DNA of 62,954 nt, filler included, from Octopus bimaculoides (Eukaryota): NCBI RefSeq assembly GCF_001194135.2. It is 3 parts of 2 records of this genome, joined end to end, with 100 filler letters (N's around TTAATTAATTAA, not from the genome) between each part and the next. Parts side by side here need not be neighbours in the genome. Positions count along the whole stretch, not along the records: positions 31,133 to 58,527 come from NC_068983.1; 2 more parts are not named here. The stretch is one strand, 5' to 3'. Each line of letters begins with the position of its first letter. The first letter of the stretch is position 1. A program made the translations under genes and the position numbers. Positions 39,400 through 52,866 of this stretch are shown in pieces. The notes beneath the pieces are model-generated. The model worked only from the letters and a program-made list of their open reading frames with translations, was not told the origin of the DNA and ran no database searches.

Positions 39400-40050
39400 C
39401 AACTCTACGTGAAGATTGAAAAGCAGATTTAGATCGGGTTATACGATGGTGATTTGAAATGACACTATGCAAACAAGCTATCTTCTTTCCAGAGTAAAGA
39501 AACCTTGCTAGTGACAGTTAGGAACGAGGAAGTGTTGAAATCAGAGAAAAAAGGAAATACAAAGGAAGAAGTGCAAAGAGGACATGAAGAAGAATTACGC
39601 AAGAAGGGACTACTCAATCAATTCCGTATACCCACAACTGAAGAAATGATACGTGGGATTGGCTGATGAGAGAAATACTAAAAACGGAGACCGAGAGCAC
39701 TATACTGGCAGCGCAACCTTAGAAATGAGCAAGTAGACAGGTATAACAATCTTAAGTACGAAATAGCCAGGGTATGATAAATGAAGAAGGTGAAAATAGT
39801 GCTATTTATTGTTGAGTCCATGAGAACAGTATTAGAAAACTTCAAGGAGAATATAAAGGAAATTGGAATAGAGTACCCAGTAGAACTGTTACAAAAGGTT
39901 TACCTACTTGGCATGGTCAGAATAACGAAGAAACTATTAGATAGCTGAAAAGAACGGACAGCATGGTAACGTAAGCTACAGTTAGGAAGAACGCTAAGCA
40001 TGGAAGACTCCAGGAGCTCCAACAAGTCCTGCGATAAAGAAAAATAACAA
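39400..40050 (+). pseudogene. R4/Dong-type (RLE) LINE 3' fragment, internally deleted
   Basis: WDWLMREILKTETESTILAAQ and YNNLKYEIARV..VELLQKVYLLGMVRITKKLLDS*. Ends in (TAA/TAC)n. Confidence 0.75.
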
Positions 40051-40065
40051 TAATATTAATACTAA

Positions 40066-40097
<32 letters not shown>

Positions 40098-40115
40098 ATA
40101 ATAATAATAATAATA

Positions 40116-41612
40116 GAAGCCCAAGTCAGTTCCCTCGTTGATATGGTGTATACCTTCAGTGCTGATATCAGAATGGAGTTCGAACTGAGAAAGTGTGGTG
40201 TGTTAGTCTTGAAGAGAGGCAAAATCAAATGTATGGACGAGCTAAAGATACCGTCGAGGGAGGTTATGAAACAGATAGAAGAGACGGGCTATAAGTACTT
40301 GGAGATTTTGGAAACGGATAAATTGATTGAGAAAGAAATGACAGAAAAATTTAAGGTGGAGTACTTGCGCAGACTAAGACTGATACTTAAATCGAAATTA
40401 AATGGACGGAATAAGATCGAAGCTATCAACACCTCGGCGATTTCACTCCTTAGATATGTAGCAGGGGTAATCGCATGGACAGTAGACGAACTAAACAGCT
40501 TAGACAGAAAGACAAGGATGTTGCAAACTAGATATGGAATACTCCATCTAAAAAGTGACACAGACAGACTGTATGCACCAAGAAAAAGAGGGGAAGAGCA
40601 CTTATTGGAGGCGAACACAGCATTAGAGCAAAAGAAAACGGCATAGCATGGTATGTAAAAATTGCCACAGAACCGCTATTATTAGAAGTAAGCAGGTCAG
40701 GCGTGTGTAGGATGAAAAATTACAAAGATGAAGCACTATACAAGAAATTGAAAACGAATGGAACTAAAAATAGGTGGGTAAAGAAAAGAATGCATGGACA
40801 ATTTCATACGGATGTTGAAGATAAGATAGACATAAAAAAAAGATGGCTGTGAATGACTAAAAGTGATTTAAAAGCGGAAGAGGAGGCTCTAATCTGTGCT
40901 GCCCAAGAGCAAGCACTAAGAACAAACTACATAAAATACAGAATAGACAACACATCAGAAAGTGATAAGTACAGAATCTGTGGACAAAATGGTGAAACCA
41001 TATGGCATATTACCAGCCAATGTACGCCACTAGCCCAGAAGGAATATAAGAGACGCCACGACAATATAGCCAGGCTTGTCCATCGGATACTCTGCAACAA
41101 GTATGGACTTGACAGAGCAAAAAATTGGTATGATCACAAACCTGAAGGCGTCGTCGAAAATAGAAATGCAAAGCTCCAATGGGATTTTACGATTCAGTGC
41201 GACCATGAGATAGAGATAGGAAACCGGACATAAATTGAGAAAGAAAACAAACTATGTTGGATCATAGATATAGCATGCCCAGCTGACAACAAGGTATGTG
41301 ATAAGGATGAAAGAAAAGTCGAGAGATATGACAGGTTAGCTTGGGAACTTAAGCAGTTGTAGTTGATGAAAAGGGTAACAATAGTACCAATAATTGTCGG
41401 AACCCTGGGAACAGTGAGCAAAAATCTCGAGAAGTAAGTGGAACAAATTGAGGCTGCAATAAGTGTGCAGCACTTGCAGAAAACAGCACTGCTTGGAACC
41501 GCTCGAACACTCTTGATGGTGCTCGAAAAATAAGAGGTGTTACTGTAGTTCACTGGTAGTGAACAGCTAACACTGTAATACATCTCTAGCGTTAGAAGGT
41601 GTGCAAAGACAA
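40116..41612 (+). pseudogene. R4/Dong-type (RLE) LINE, 5'-truncated
   Basis: RT thumb (KSKLNGRNKIEAINT), CCHC-like knuckle (RICGQNGETIWHITSQC..YKRRHD), WDFTIQCD, IIDIACPAD RLE motifs. Flanked by (TAA)n on both sides. Confidence 0.9.
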
Positions 41613-41679
41613 TTATAATAATAATAATAATTTCCAAAGAAAACATCAGAAATTCAAAACTTCAACGAGGTGACATCAG

Positions 41680-41721
<42 letters not shown>

Positions 41722-42381
41722 NNNNNNNNNNNNNNNNNNNNNNNNNNNNNNNNNNNNNNNNNNNNNNNNNNNNNNNNNNNNNNNNNNNNNNNNNNNNNNN
41801 NNNNNNNNNNNNNNNNNNNNNNNNNNNNNNNNNNNNNNNNNNNNNNNNNNNNNNNNNNNNNNNNNNNNNNNNNNNNNNNNNNNNNNNNNNNNNNNNNNNN
41901 NNNNNNNNNNNNNNNNNNNNNNNNNNATATATATATATATATAATCATTTTCTACTATCAGTAATTAAAAATAGAACAAGGTGAATTGGTTCTCTGCAAG
42001 ACCAAGGTCAGTGCTCGCATTTATCGCTAATAGTAGTAAACACACATTTCACCTCTGCTGACCCCAAGTGTGTTAGGCCTCTTTTGTCTCCTTATCGCAC
42101 AAGAATGCCCATTGCTGAAATTTTCACCATCTGCCGAATCTATTTGCAGATCTGTTAATTGAAGCTATTCACCAAGCCATTTCTCTTGCTCCTACTATGC
42201 CCTTAAGCACTCACATATTTATGATTATCTCAAGTACAAGACAAAAGTTGAAACTAATTAACATTCAATAATACTTTTTAATCATAAATGGAAATAATTG
42301 TCGGATCAGAGGAAATATTAACAATGACAAATAGTAGTAAAGAATGAAAATAATAATATCAGTGACGATAATAATAATAAT

Positions 42382-45000
42382 GAAAGGAAGCAGTTGGAAT
42401 CTCCCTATGCTCTGATTGATGATACATCTAGTGATGGAATCACAATAAAAGCACTAATAATAGCTACTTCATATGAGTAACAATGAAAAAACAAAATATT
42501 GTGAATAACTGTGGTAATGAAACTAAGCCCCTTCATGATGACAGTGATACACCCGTGAGACTCAGAGACACCACTGGTCCGACCCCAACCTGTCCTTATC
42601 CAGCATGGGACTAGCACGCAAAAAATCAATGACGTTGTCATGGAGTGTTACTACCAGAGCAACATCGTAAATGGAAATGGATTTCTTCTTAAGGGACACC
42701 GACAAGCTATGTACAATCAATGCAGAGAAAGAGGATAGTTTCAAAATCACTAAACAGAGATTATGTGATCAAACCAGAGCAATAAGAAAAAAATTGTCGG
42801 TTCACAAAATTAGAGCTAGAAGCTATCAAAGGAAGGGTATTGGAAAAGAGCAGTAGAGGAAACGATGAAAATACAGTTCCTACTGATAAAAGTAACCTCA
42901 TCCCAGAAAACAGAGGTGAAATCTCTAATAAACCACAGGAAAGGAATAGTGATAGCTTGTTCCATGAGAGATATATAGATAGTCTGGAAGAAGACAATAA
43001 AACCAATGGGGACAAGACAGATGGTCAAAGGGCAATCTACGACAAAATAAAGGCAAATTTATTGGGGAACGATAGCGACATTGTTTGCAACCTTAAAAAT
43101 ACTGATCGGTGGAAATTGAACCATGAATCGAAAAATTTGAACGAAATTCTGAAATACATCAGGACGAAAAATATCACAGAAACAAGCAATTTGACCAAGA
43201 CAGCAAGTATTGTTTTAGCAGAAAATGTAGGTAGTAATGTAAAAAAAAAAAAAAAAGAAATATAATGGCAGTGACAAAGGAAAAGATCCATGGTGGAAAG
43301 GAAGAAAAGACGTCGGAGTAGATAAGCCCTCAAAGAATATTTCTGTGTTAGACCAAAAAGAGAAGAGGAAGATTAAAGCGAACAGAAATACAGGGAACTG
43401 AATAGGAAGTATTATTTTGAAAGAAAGGGCCTGAAATTGATAATGGAGGAACTTCGATTCCTCCATTACCACTTTCGTATCTTACCATCTGTGCAAAGAG
43501 AGCACAGATGGTAATATATGACCAAAGAATGGAGGGATACCAGCAGAATAGGCTATTCAGAGTAGATGAGAAGAGATTCTACAAAGAAATAAATGGAGAG
43601 TGCACAGATGAAAAGTTGATACCAGATACCATTGAAAGGTTGGTTTTGTAGTGACATCTGGAGCAAAGGCAAGGAGCACAAGAAGGATGTTGATTAGTTG
43701 CAAGAACTGAAATAAACAGTAGTTTGTTCAAAACAGGCGGAAATAGTTATTTCAGTTAGGGAAATGAAGGAAATCAACATGAAAATAGGTAAATGGAATG
43801 CCCCGGGACCAGATGGAGTTCAAGGCTACTGGATCAAAAGATTTGGTGAACCTCAACACCTTGTTAAATGCCGACCAAATAAGAACAGATTGGTTGTCAT
43901 TCGGTAGGAGAATGCTGTACTTGAAAAACATCGAAAAGGCAATATAGTAGACAATTACAGGCCGATTTCCTGCTTGCCAAATAATTGACTGGAAATAATT
44001 GACTGGAATACTCGCAGAGCCAATGTACGGACATCTGGAATAAGATGGAGTCCTGTCACATGAGAAGAAGTGTTGCAAGCGTAAGTGCAGAGGCACGAAG
44101 GGTTAACTACTGGTAGACAAAACTGTACTTAGAGATTGTAAGAGCAGGAAAATTAACTTAGCCATGTCACAGATCGATTATCGTAAGGCGTAAGATATGA
44201 TTCCACATTCTTGGATTATGAATTGTATAAACATATTTGGTATTGCATCGAACGTCGAGCGATTGTTGGGAAAAAGTATGGCAAATTGGAGGATATGGAA
44301 GAGGTTTAGGGACAATAGAAAACAGGAGAGGCATCTTCCAAGGAGACTGCCTGTCCCACTGATATTTGTAATGTGCATGATACCACTAACATTGATTCAG
44401 AGGAAAGCAAAGCTGGGTATGTATGCAAAAGCCGTCAACAAAAGTCAACCATTTGTTTTTCATGGATAATCACAAACTTTATTGTAACGATGAATCCCAA
44501 GTCAGTTTCCTCGTTGATACGGTGTATACTTTCAGTGCTGATATCAGCACTGTAGTGTGATGTGTTAGTCTTGAAGAAAGGTAAAACCAAATGTATCGAT
44601 GGGCTAGCGATACCGTCGTGGGGAGGTTATGAAGCAGATAGAAGAGACGAGCTATAAGAACTTCGGGATTTTGGAAATGGATAAATTTCTGGAGAAAGAA
44701 ATGACAGAAAAGTTTAAGTTGGAGTACTTGCGCATACCTAGACTGCTCCTTAAGTCAAAATAAATGGCGGAATAAGATTGAAGCTATCAACACCTTGCCG
44801 GTTTTCACTCCTTAGATATGGAGCAGGGTTAATCGCATGGACAATAGACGAAGTAAATAGCTTGGACAGAAATTCAAAGAAGTCGCTGACTAGATATGGA
44901 ATACTCCACCCAAAAAGTGACACGGAAAGACTATGTACCAAGAAAAAGAGAAGAAGACTTAGTGGAGGCGAACGCTGCATTAGGGCAGCAGATTATTATG
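42382..45000 (+). pseudogene. R4/Dong-type LINE, N-terminal to RT region, frameshifted
   Basis: N-terminal KQRLCDQTRAIRK motif, KWNAPGPDGVQGYW, DYRKA*DMIPHSWI. 44490-44950 is homologous to 40116-40600. Preceded by (TAA)n. Confidence 0.85.
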
Positions 45001-45464
45001 TGAAAATGTCACAGAAAGGCGAAATTGACACTCAGATCACTCAAAAATTCACTCACATATCCCCATAGACAAAAAGCTCTGAAATCACTAACTCATACCA
45101 GCAAACTAGGTACACAGAACTCTATTAAGATGAACCATCAGTTGATACTAAAGGATCACGTCAGCAATGAACTGTTAGATGGAATACTAGAATAATATCT
45201 AATACAACTACTTCAACATTTACACGAAAGAGCCCCACTTCAAAAATTATTAATATTAATAAGAACAGACAAGTAATCAAAGAAGTTGATCAAGCACTTG
45301 GAAAGAGGATACGACAATTCCTTGAGAATAGTAGAGAAAATGCCCTGAGAGTAATTGAAAACAAGAAATTATCAACTTTCTGAATTTGCAAGCTCATTTA
45401 CAAGATCATTTGCACACAAAGCTCGATTTCACATGTATCAAAGAGGAAAAATCATTCACAACGC

Positions 45465-46340
45465 TCAGACAAAAAAAGGACACCGGAATTTATACATATT
45501 CAAAACATTATCGATGAAAACCCCAGAAGATCACTGAGGTCGATTGCTAAAGAACTTCGGATGTCAGAGTGGACTATCATAACTGTGGTACATCGTGACA
45601 TTCGATACAAGTCCTATGTAATGTAGAAAGGCCAATTCGTGTCTGTAAAGACACAGGAAATCCGTCTCATCCGTTCAAAACGGTGATTTAACAAAGTGAA
45701 AAACCCTCATGACCAAGGAATGCTTTGGGTTTTCTCTGACTAAAAATACTTTGACCAGGTTTAAAAGTGGTTATGTACAGATCCTTCTGAAGTACCAAGA
45801 GTGATGCACATGAAATTTCCAGCGACTGCAATAATTTTAGGAGTTGTGAGTAGTGAAAGTCATGTTATGTCCCATCACATTTCTACAAAGCCTTAGAAGT
45901 AATGCTGCTGGATACATTAAGGTACTGGAAACTGTTATAAAGCACTGGATTGATGAAGTATGCAATGAAAGGCCATATGTGTTTCAACAAGTTTCAGCAC
46001 CTCACAAAGTCCGAGTCCTCCAAGAATGGTTGCCAGAAATCTTTACGATTATGTAACACCCAATATGTGGCGTCCAAACTCACCAGATTTGAACGCTATG
46101 GACTACTACGTGTGGAGCGTTAATGAAAGGGAGATTAATCGTCATCCTCATCATACCGTAGCATCACTGAAGGCCGTTCTTTTTCCAGGTGATGCCAGAA
46201 ATGAATAGGGTATCATATTGTGTTAACGTGCCAGCGGTTTCAGTACCGCATTGAAGCATCATCGAAGCTGAAGGCGGTTTCATAGAATAATTTGCATAAA
46301 AAAAACTAATTGCGCAAATATTTATTTAAATACATGTTTA
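45465..46340 (+). mobile_element. Tc1/mariner (maT/DD37D-like) transposase remnant
   Basis: IIDENPRRSLRSIAKEL, YIKVLETVIKHWI..RPYVFQQVSAP and WRPNSPDLNAMDYYVW motifs with stops and frameshifts. Confidence 0.85.
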
Positions 46341-47707
46341 TTCATGCTGAGACATATATATTTTTCTTATTGTATACCAAAACTGTCCTCAAATACCCCT
46401 CGCACCCTGTATATATATCTGTGTGTGTGTGTGTGTCTGTTTGTCTGTGTCTGTGTGTATGCATCTATTACCTTTTACCTTTTACTCTTTACAGACACAC
46501 ACACATACGCACACCTAGATATATATATATATTACATAGAAAAATGCGAGCATGAATAGTAATATTCTTAAGATTATAAATCTGGAAAAGTACATGACAA
46601 GTTATTACACCTGTAAAAGTATAGGACAAGCTATTACTTCTAATAAAGTAAAGAATAAGAAACTTTTTACTTAAAACATTGCAGCAAAGACTGCCAGTTC
46701 TTCTAATCCATCACTCTTTACAGTTCTCATCTTTTAAATTTATTATACAAAACTGTTCAGCTAATTTGTAAGTTTGTCTAATTTTGTCACTTTTTTTCAG
46801 TATTTAAGGTAGCAAATTAACCAAATTCTACTTAAATAAATAGAGTGTTATTTCTTAAACTATAATAAGATTTTTTTTAATATTCAAATTTTAATTTTAG
46901 CTGCAATATTTTAAGTTAAAAGTTTCTTATTCGTACTTCACTTGAATAGTTTGTCCTATACTTTTACAGGTGTAATAACTTGTCCTATACGTTTCCAGGT
47001 TTATAATCTTAGGAATACTACGTTTCATGCTCGCATTTTCCTTGTAATCCATGAATTTTCCAGGCATTGCTGTTATAAAATAATTAACACTGTGTCAATT
47101 AATAATTTAGGATTGTACCTTATAAAATACTGGGTAGGGGGATACACTGGCTGCTATTTTTAGCGAGTCGAGCGACCAGGTAGAGGCTCTTTCAAAGGTT
47201 TTATTGCGTGTTGAAATTTTCTTACACATATATGTATAATATGCATATATATCATCGGCAGAAGTTAGAGAGCAAGTCAAAAGCTGAGAGTTTCGTGTAC
47301 TGGCACTTATCAAGCACGAATTTGTCCATTGTCACTCTGTAACTTGTGGCAAAATAACTTCTAAAATACAAAATTTTGCCAAAAACATTAAGAGTAAACC
47401 CTGTTGTATGTGATACATTGTACAGTATCGGAAGTTTCAAAGTGTTTAGTGAAAAAAAAAGTTGATTAAATAATCTGTACGTCAAATTCAATAGATCCAA
47501 AATGGATGAAATGCAAAGTCGACCTCGGCGGAATTTGAACTCAAAACATGAACACCTGCGAAAAACCGTTAATAATGCTTCCGACCAGCGCGATAATGCT
47601 TCCACCAGCTCACCGACTGGGAGTGTAAGCCTTCATTCTGACAATATATTCTTTATTTATAGCTGTAGCTAAAGCGTTACTTCCTTACTCTCTTACTTAC
47701 ACAAAAT

Positions 47708-47780
47708 TTCGTGGCGTAGTGGTTCAGAATGCGGGCTACTTACACTAACATTCCGAGTTTGATTCCAGGCAGTGACCTGA

Positions 47781-47839
<59 letters not shown>

Positions 47840-47975
47840 CGAAATTTTCCCAAGGCACCTGATGAAGGCTGAAGGGTATATCAGCCGAAACGTTGTGATG
47901 AGGACAAATATCCGTCAAATGTAAATAATGTAAATAATGTACATGATTCGTCATTTCTTAAATATAGAACTGAAT
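47708..47975 (+). mobile_element. SINE-like unit: tRNA-derived head, (AAT)n, hammerhead tail
   Basis: A-box TGGCGTAGTGG at 47712-47722, B-box-like AGTTTGATTCC at 47756-47766, (AAT)n at 47783-47839, HHR at 47856-47897. Confidence 0.7.
47856..47897 (+). ncRNA. Minimal (Penelope-type) type-I hammerhead with palindromic stem III
   Basis: CAC-CTGATGA-A-GGCTGA-agggtata-TCAGCC-GAA-ACGT-T-GTG. 6-bp stem II, self-complementary ACGT, GUU triplet, 3-bp stem I. Confidence 0.7.
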
Positions 47976-48552
47976 GAAATAGTGTATTACTCATGTATGT
48001 ATTTATGTATTTATACGGGATATATACTATCAAACAAATATATAATATATATATGCAATATAGTACGTAGTGTATATTTATATATTTGTATTGCATAAAT
48101 CAAACAAATTAAATACACACACACACTCACACACGCACATCAACTACTGCAGTAATAGATAAACATATGTGCATGCATTCGTGCTCGTCTGTGTACTGTA
48201 CGTGTGCGTTCGTGTAAATGTGTGTGTGAGTGATAGTGCAGCACGTAGCACTGACAAGTATTTTATCTACGAATTTGCTAAGAAGGCCATTGCTTCATTT
48301 CAGATAAACGCATAAGAGCGATTAAATTTTTTCGCTCATATATTGCAGGGTGGCACTTAATCAACATCGGGTATGTCAGCTTGAGATTATATCTGCTGTT
48401 GAATGACCCCGAAGTCTTACAGAACCCAGAATCACCATTGCATCATCCGTATGTGTGCGTGTGTGTTCGTGTCGGTATATATACTCACGCCTTGCACAGA
48501 CTTCTTTAATTGTGTTATACTGCCTTATACATCGTTTCAGTTATTTGTGTGT

Positions 48553-48633
<81 letters not shown>

Positions 48634-51213
48634 GGTGCGTGTGTGCGATTGTGTGTGCGTGTTTGTGTGCTTGTGTCTGTCATTGATCAAATCTAACGTC
48701 CAGTTTTCTACTTTGCATTATTGATTGCTTTTAGAAGCATACTTTATCGTCTCCTTTACATTATATCATTACAACAGAAAGGCTTTCGCTGTTCGTTGTT
48801 CTTTATCATTTCCTTCTGTCTTCTATTAATATTAGCAATACGAACTAGTTATTTTGTGTAATTTTCCTTATGTCGACATAATTAAATATTTCATATCCCT
48901 ACTCTTTCCAGAATTTTCGTATACTTATCGTCACATTGCTTTGTCCCTCCATTTCTTGGAGCCCTGTCCAATAGTCCTCTGATTTGCATAAAATTATATA
49001 TTTATGTGCTTGTATATCTAAATTTGTTGGGATACAACATATTCTCTACGATGGTAAAATAAATATCTCATTAATATTGACTGCCACATTAATTAATGAT
49101 TCATACGATTACTCTATTCAATTAGCAGTGAAATACAGGGAAATACTATGCACACGCTCTTTCCTTATTACTATTCGTATCATGATAAATTTCATAAGAT
49201 AGTGACATTTTGCTTTCCATTGACTGATGAAGCCAAATGATGCGAAAAACTATGTAATTACGATTTCTCACGTGGCAACGGCCGCTTCAAAACGAAGATG
49301 GACACACTGAAAGGTTATCATTAACAGCTATTTTCTATGAGGGAAATTGCTTATTGTTTATTGTTCCTGACCACTTTCGCTCCGTCCGATCATAGACAAT
49401 TGTTAGCTCGTACTTCAAATTCACAATGTCCCAAACAACCGTAAATAGCTACAGCAAATATTTCTTCTCTCTTCTCCATTGATTCTTTCGGTAATGTAAA
49501 CAACATTAATTAGTGTCTGGTGCAATTTTATTTATACTTTTATTGTAACATAACATATATTGAACTATTCTCCACCAATTCTAAATGTGACTCCCCTAGA
49601 TATATTAAATGTAAATAAATAAAAATAAGAAACATTAAACAAATATTTTGGGTAAATTTTCATTTGTCATTAGTGAAAAGCAGAGATGTCAAAAATATTT
49701 GGACATCAAAAATATTTGGAAAATAATGGCAGAGCGTAAGTGGAAAAGTTGCTAAAACTCACTGGTAGAAGTGTGTGCTAAGCGGTGAGTTTATGTTGGA
49801 CAGACGTTAGAAGATTAAGGAGTGAATGTGCTTTTGCAAGATTGACAGCTTTCTGCGAAAAATTTAAATCTCAACAGTATTTCACGGTATATTGATATAA
49901 TAGCATTTTTAAAAACGAAAAATTTTGTTCGTATTGAGGAAGGGAAAATTACTGCTAGAGTGGGTTAAGTTTGGAAAACAAAAGTCTGTCATTGATATGC
50001 GCCGTAACTACAATCATATGGGTCTCATTAAGCACATCATAATTTGTATAATTTAAATATTTAGAATATGTTTAGAATTAAACCAATATCTATGTGAATT
50101 AAAAACCAAAAAAAAAAAAACCCACCAGAAAGGATAAATTTTGAATATTTGACTATTTTGGTGTATACTTTTATAACGTGGATTCTGCATGTTTCACCTT
50201 AATGTCACTAATACAGTGTGATATATAGTACGGTGTAATGGGGTAGACATAAACTCTCTCCACTTAATGTATTCCCAAACACTCTACCAACAACTGTAAC
50301 CAATCCAAAACAACTCTCAACGAACTATAACAACTCCTAAACAATTTCCCGTGACTCCACGAACGACACCTTTCAACTTTCGGTGATTTCTCATATCTCT
50401 CCCTCTCTGTCAAACACGCTGCTAATTATACGCGTGCAGGTAGTCCATTCTCACAGGGGGCGTCATGATTCTCGCCATATCATATACAATGAAAATACAC
50501 GTACTTTTAATTTACAGCAAACTTCCTGGACAGCTCGAGGTTTCGGAAAATTCTCGCTTCTTCAATAGGTTGAGTAATGATGTAATTTTGTGTTCTATAT
50601 GCATTTGTTTCAGTAATTAACTGCGATGTTTGGACAACACATGTGTATATGTGCACATACACACACACACACATTCACACAAACTCACACATATTAAGAT
50701 GTATAAGTATCGCGTTGTAAAAGTCTCTTAAAGCATGATTCAACTGTTAGATAAGAAAGACTTAGGAATGTAGTCGTTAGAGAAAATGGTAAAATAATCT
50801 AGCACCAACTGGTACTGATATTATGTAAGAGCAATAATGAAATAACTAATAGATTTCAGAAAAATCTCAGAGAAATGAATTTTTGTATCAAAGTAACGGA
50901 TAAAACGAAGTGCGTGCAATACTACAGTCACCAGTTGAACTTAGTTTGAATAAGTGCACCTGTAGTAATATTTGCATCATGTCTACCATAAACTACCTAT
51001 TAATCAGAATATAAGAATTATTGTATTCTATAGTTTACTGTATAAGCTTTTTGGGAGAATCGTGTGCAAGCCTCGACGTAAGATGCATAAAAAAAGACAC
51101 ATATAGATGAAAAGTACGATAAGCAACGTAGAAAACAATGATACTCAGAATATATCATCCATATGGAATTAAACCAGATATTTCAATTAAAACTTCTCGG
51201 TTCACTTATCACT

Positions 51214-51315
51214 GTCTGGTACTGCATCAGGGCAGGACTGGTACAGAATCAAGGCAGTGATACTGCATCAGAACACTGGTACTGCATCAGGGCAGATGGT
51301 ATTGCATCTGGGAAG

Positions 51316-51320
<5 letters not shown>
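51214..51320. repeat. ~20-bp minisatellite (ctggtactgcatcagggcag-like, 5-6 degenerate units)
   Basis: Units start near 51216, 51238, 51258, 51276 and 51297. Confidence 0.7.
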
Positions 51321-51377
<57 letters not shown>

Positions 51378-51378
51378 A

Positions 51379-52866
51379 AAAATATGGTCCGTTGTCTTCT
51401 GCTGAATCGGGGTCATCTCTTAACCCTAGGATCACAGCAGGTTCTCAACTCATAGAGAGTACACAGCGTAAAATGTGTGCGGAACCTAGCAACACTATTT
51501 TCTGAACTTCTCCCACGTTAATACTGCAAGGGGATTTGTTAAGCTGCTTGTCAAGTCCCTTTTTAAATAGCCATAACGCTCCAATCACCACTGGTGCTGT
51601 GCTGCTTTTCATTCCCCACATCTTGGTCACTTCTATTTCTAGCTCTTTGTACTTAAATGACTTCTCAACTTCTTGTACTGTTACATCATCTTTTCCGGTC
51701 ACAGTTTCAAGTTTATGATGGAACCATGTTTCTGAAGTTGGAAGCTAGTAGTGTTTACATATCTTCCAATAGATATATTGCGTTACTCTATTGTGTTTAC
51801 GAATATATTCGGTTTTTGCAAGCGCTGTGCATCCAGTTAAGATGTAGTCCACTGTTTCATGCCGCTCATCACGCATTCTGCATTTCGGGTCAGTGCCATC
51901 GTTCATTATTTTGTTGTGGTAAGTCATGGCTGAGAAGCTTTGATCTTGTGCTGCTATGATAAAACCTTCGATTTCTGCCTTCAGTCCTGAGCTCTTCAAC
52001 CATACATGAGTGTCTCGTTTTTCTACGTCTGGCTTGTTCACTCTACATGGGTATCGGCCATGCATCGGTTCTTCTAGCCATTCTTCTTTGCTCTTCTTCT
52101 GGGATTGTTTTTTCATCTCTTCCTTAACTCTTTTAGAAAACTGGGTTACTTTCTCACTCGCCTTCATCCTAGGTTCCTCCGTCATCAGTTGTTTCTTAAA
52201 CTGTACAGATTTTTTGTATACCGAGTGTAGGTTCTTTACGTTATCATGCTGGTGCACAAGCTTCATTAAAGGATCTTTTGACAGCTCAAGATACGTATTC
52301 AATCCTACTGTAGTGGTTTTGTAAGATAATTCTAATTGAGTTACTTCACTTCCTCTCCTGCTTCTCGATAAATAAATTCTGTTCACGTCCGCTTTAGGGT
52401 GGTTCATTTGAGCCATGGTTAGTAGTTTTCTGGTCTTGGAGTCTAGCTTCTTTATTTCGCTCATTTGCCAATTGATTATGTTGAAACTGCAAGGTACGAT
52501 AGGTACTGAAAGAGTGTTAATGTCTTCTATTTTGTTTGCAGCGTTGAGTTCAGTCCTTTGTTATTAACTGTACTCTCCTGTAGTACTCTTTTCTAATCTT
52601 CTCTTTCATTGCTGCATGTTTTATGCCGTTACTTTCGTCTATGTCAAGGTATTTATATGCTCTTTCCTGGTCCAGTGCTCGGATTCTTGCTTCTGTATCT
52701 ATGTAGATATCCACACAACATGCCAGTTTGCCTCTTATGAAAGTAGCTTTCGCACATTTCTCCAGTCCAAACTGAATCCTGATATCGTCACTGAACTTTA
52801 TAACCGTAGCAAGTAAACCTTCTTGTTGCGGGTCATTTTTTGAGTACATTTTCAGATCATCCATCC
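51379..52866 (-). pseudogene. R4/Dong-type LINE, 5'-truncated at the RT (Y)MDD motif
   Basis: MDDLKMY..FSDDIRIQFGLEKC, WLKSSGLKAEIEGFIIAAQDQ, KCRM..ETVDYILTGC, PVVIGAL..VQKIVLLGSAHILR. (TAA)n tail at 51318-51378. Confidence 0.9.
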
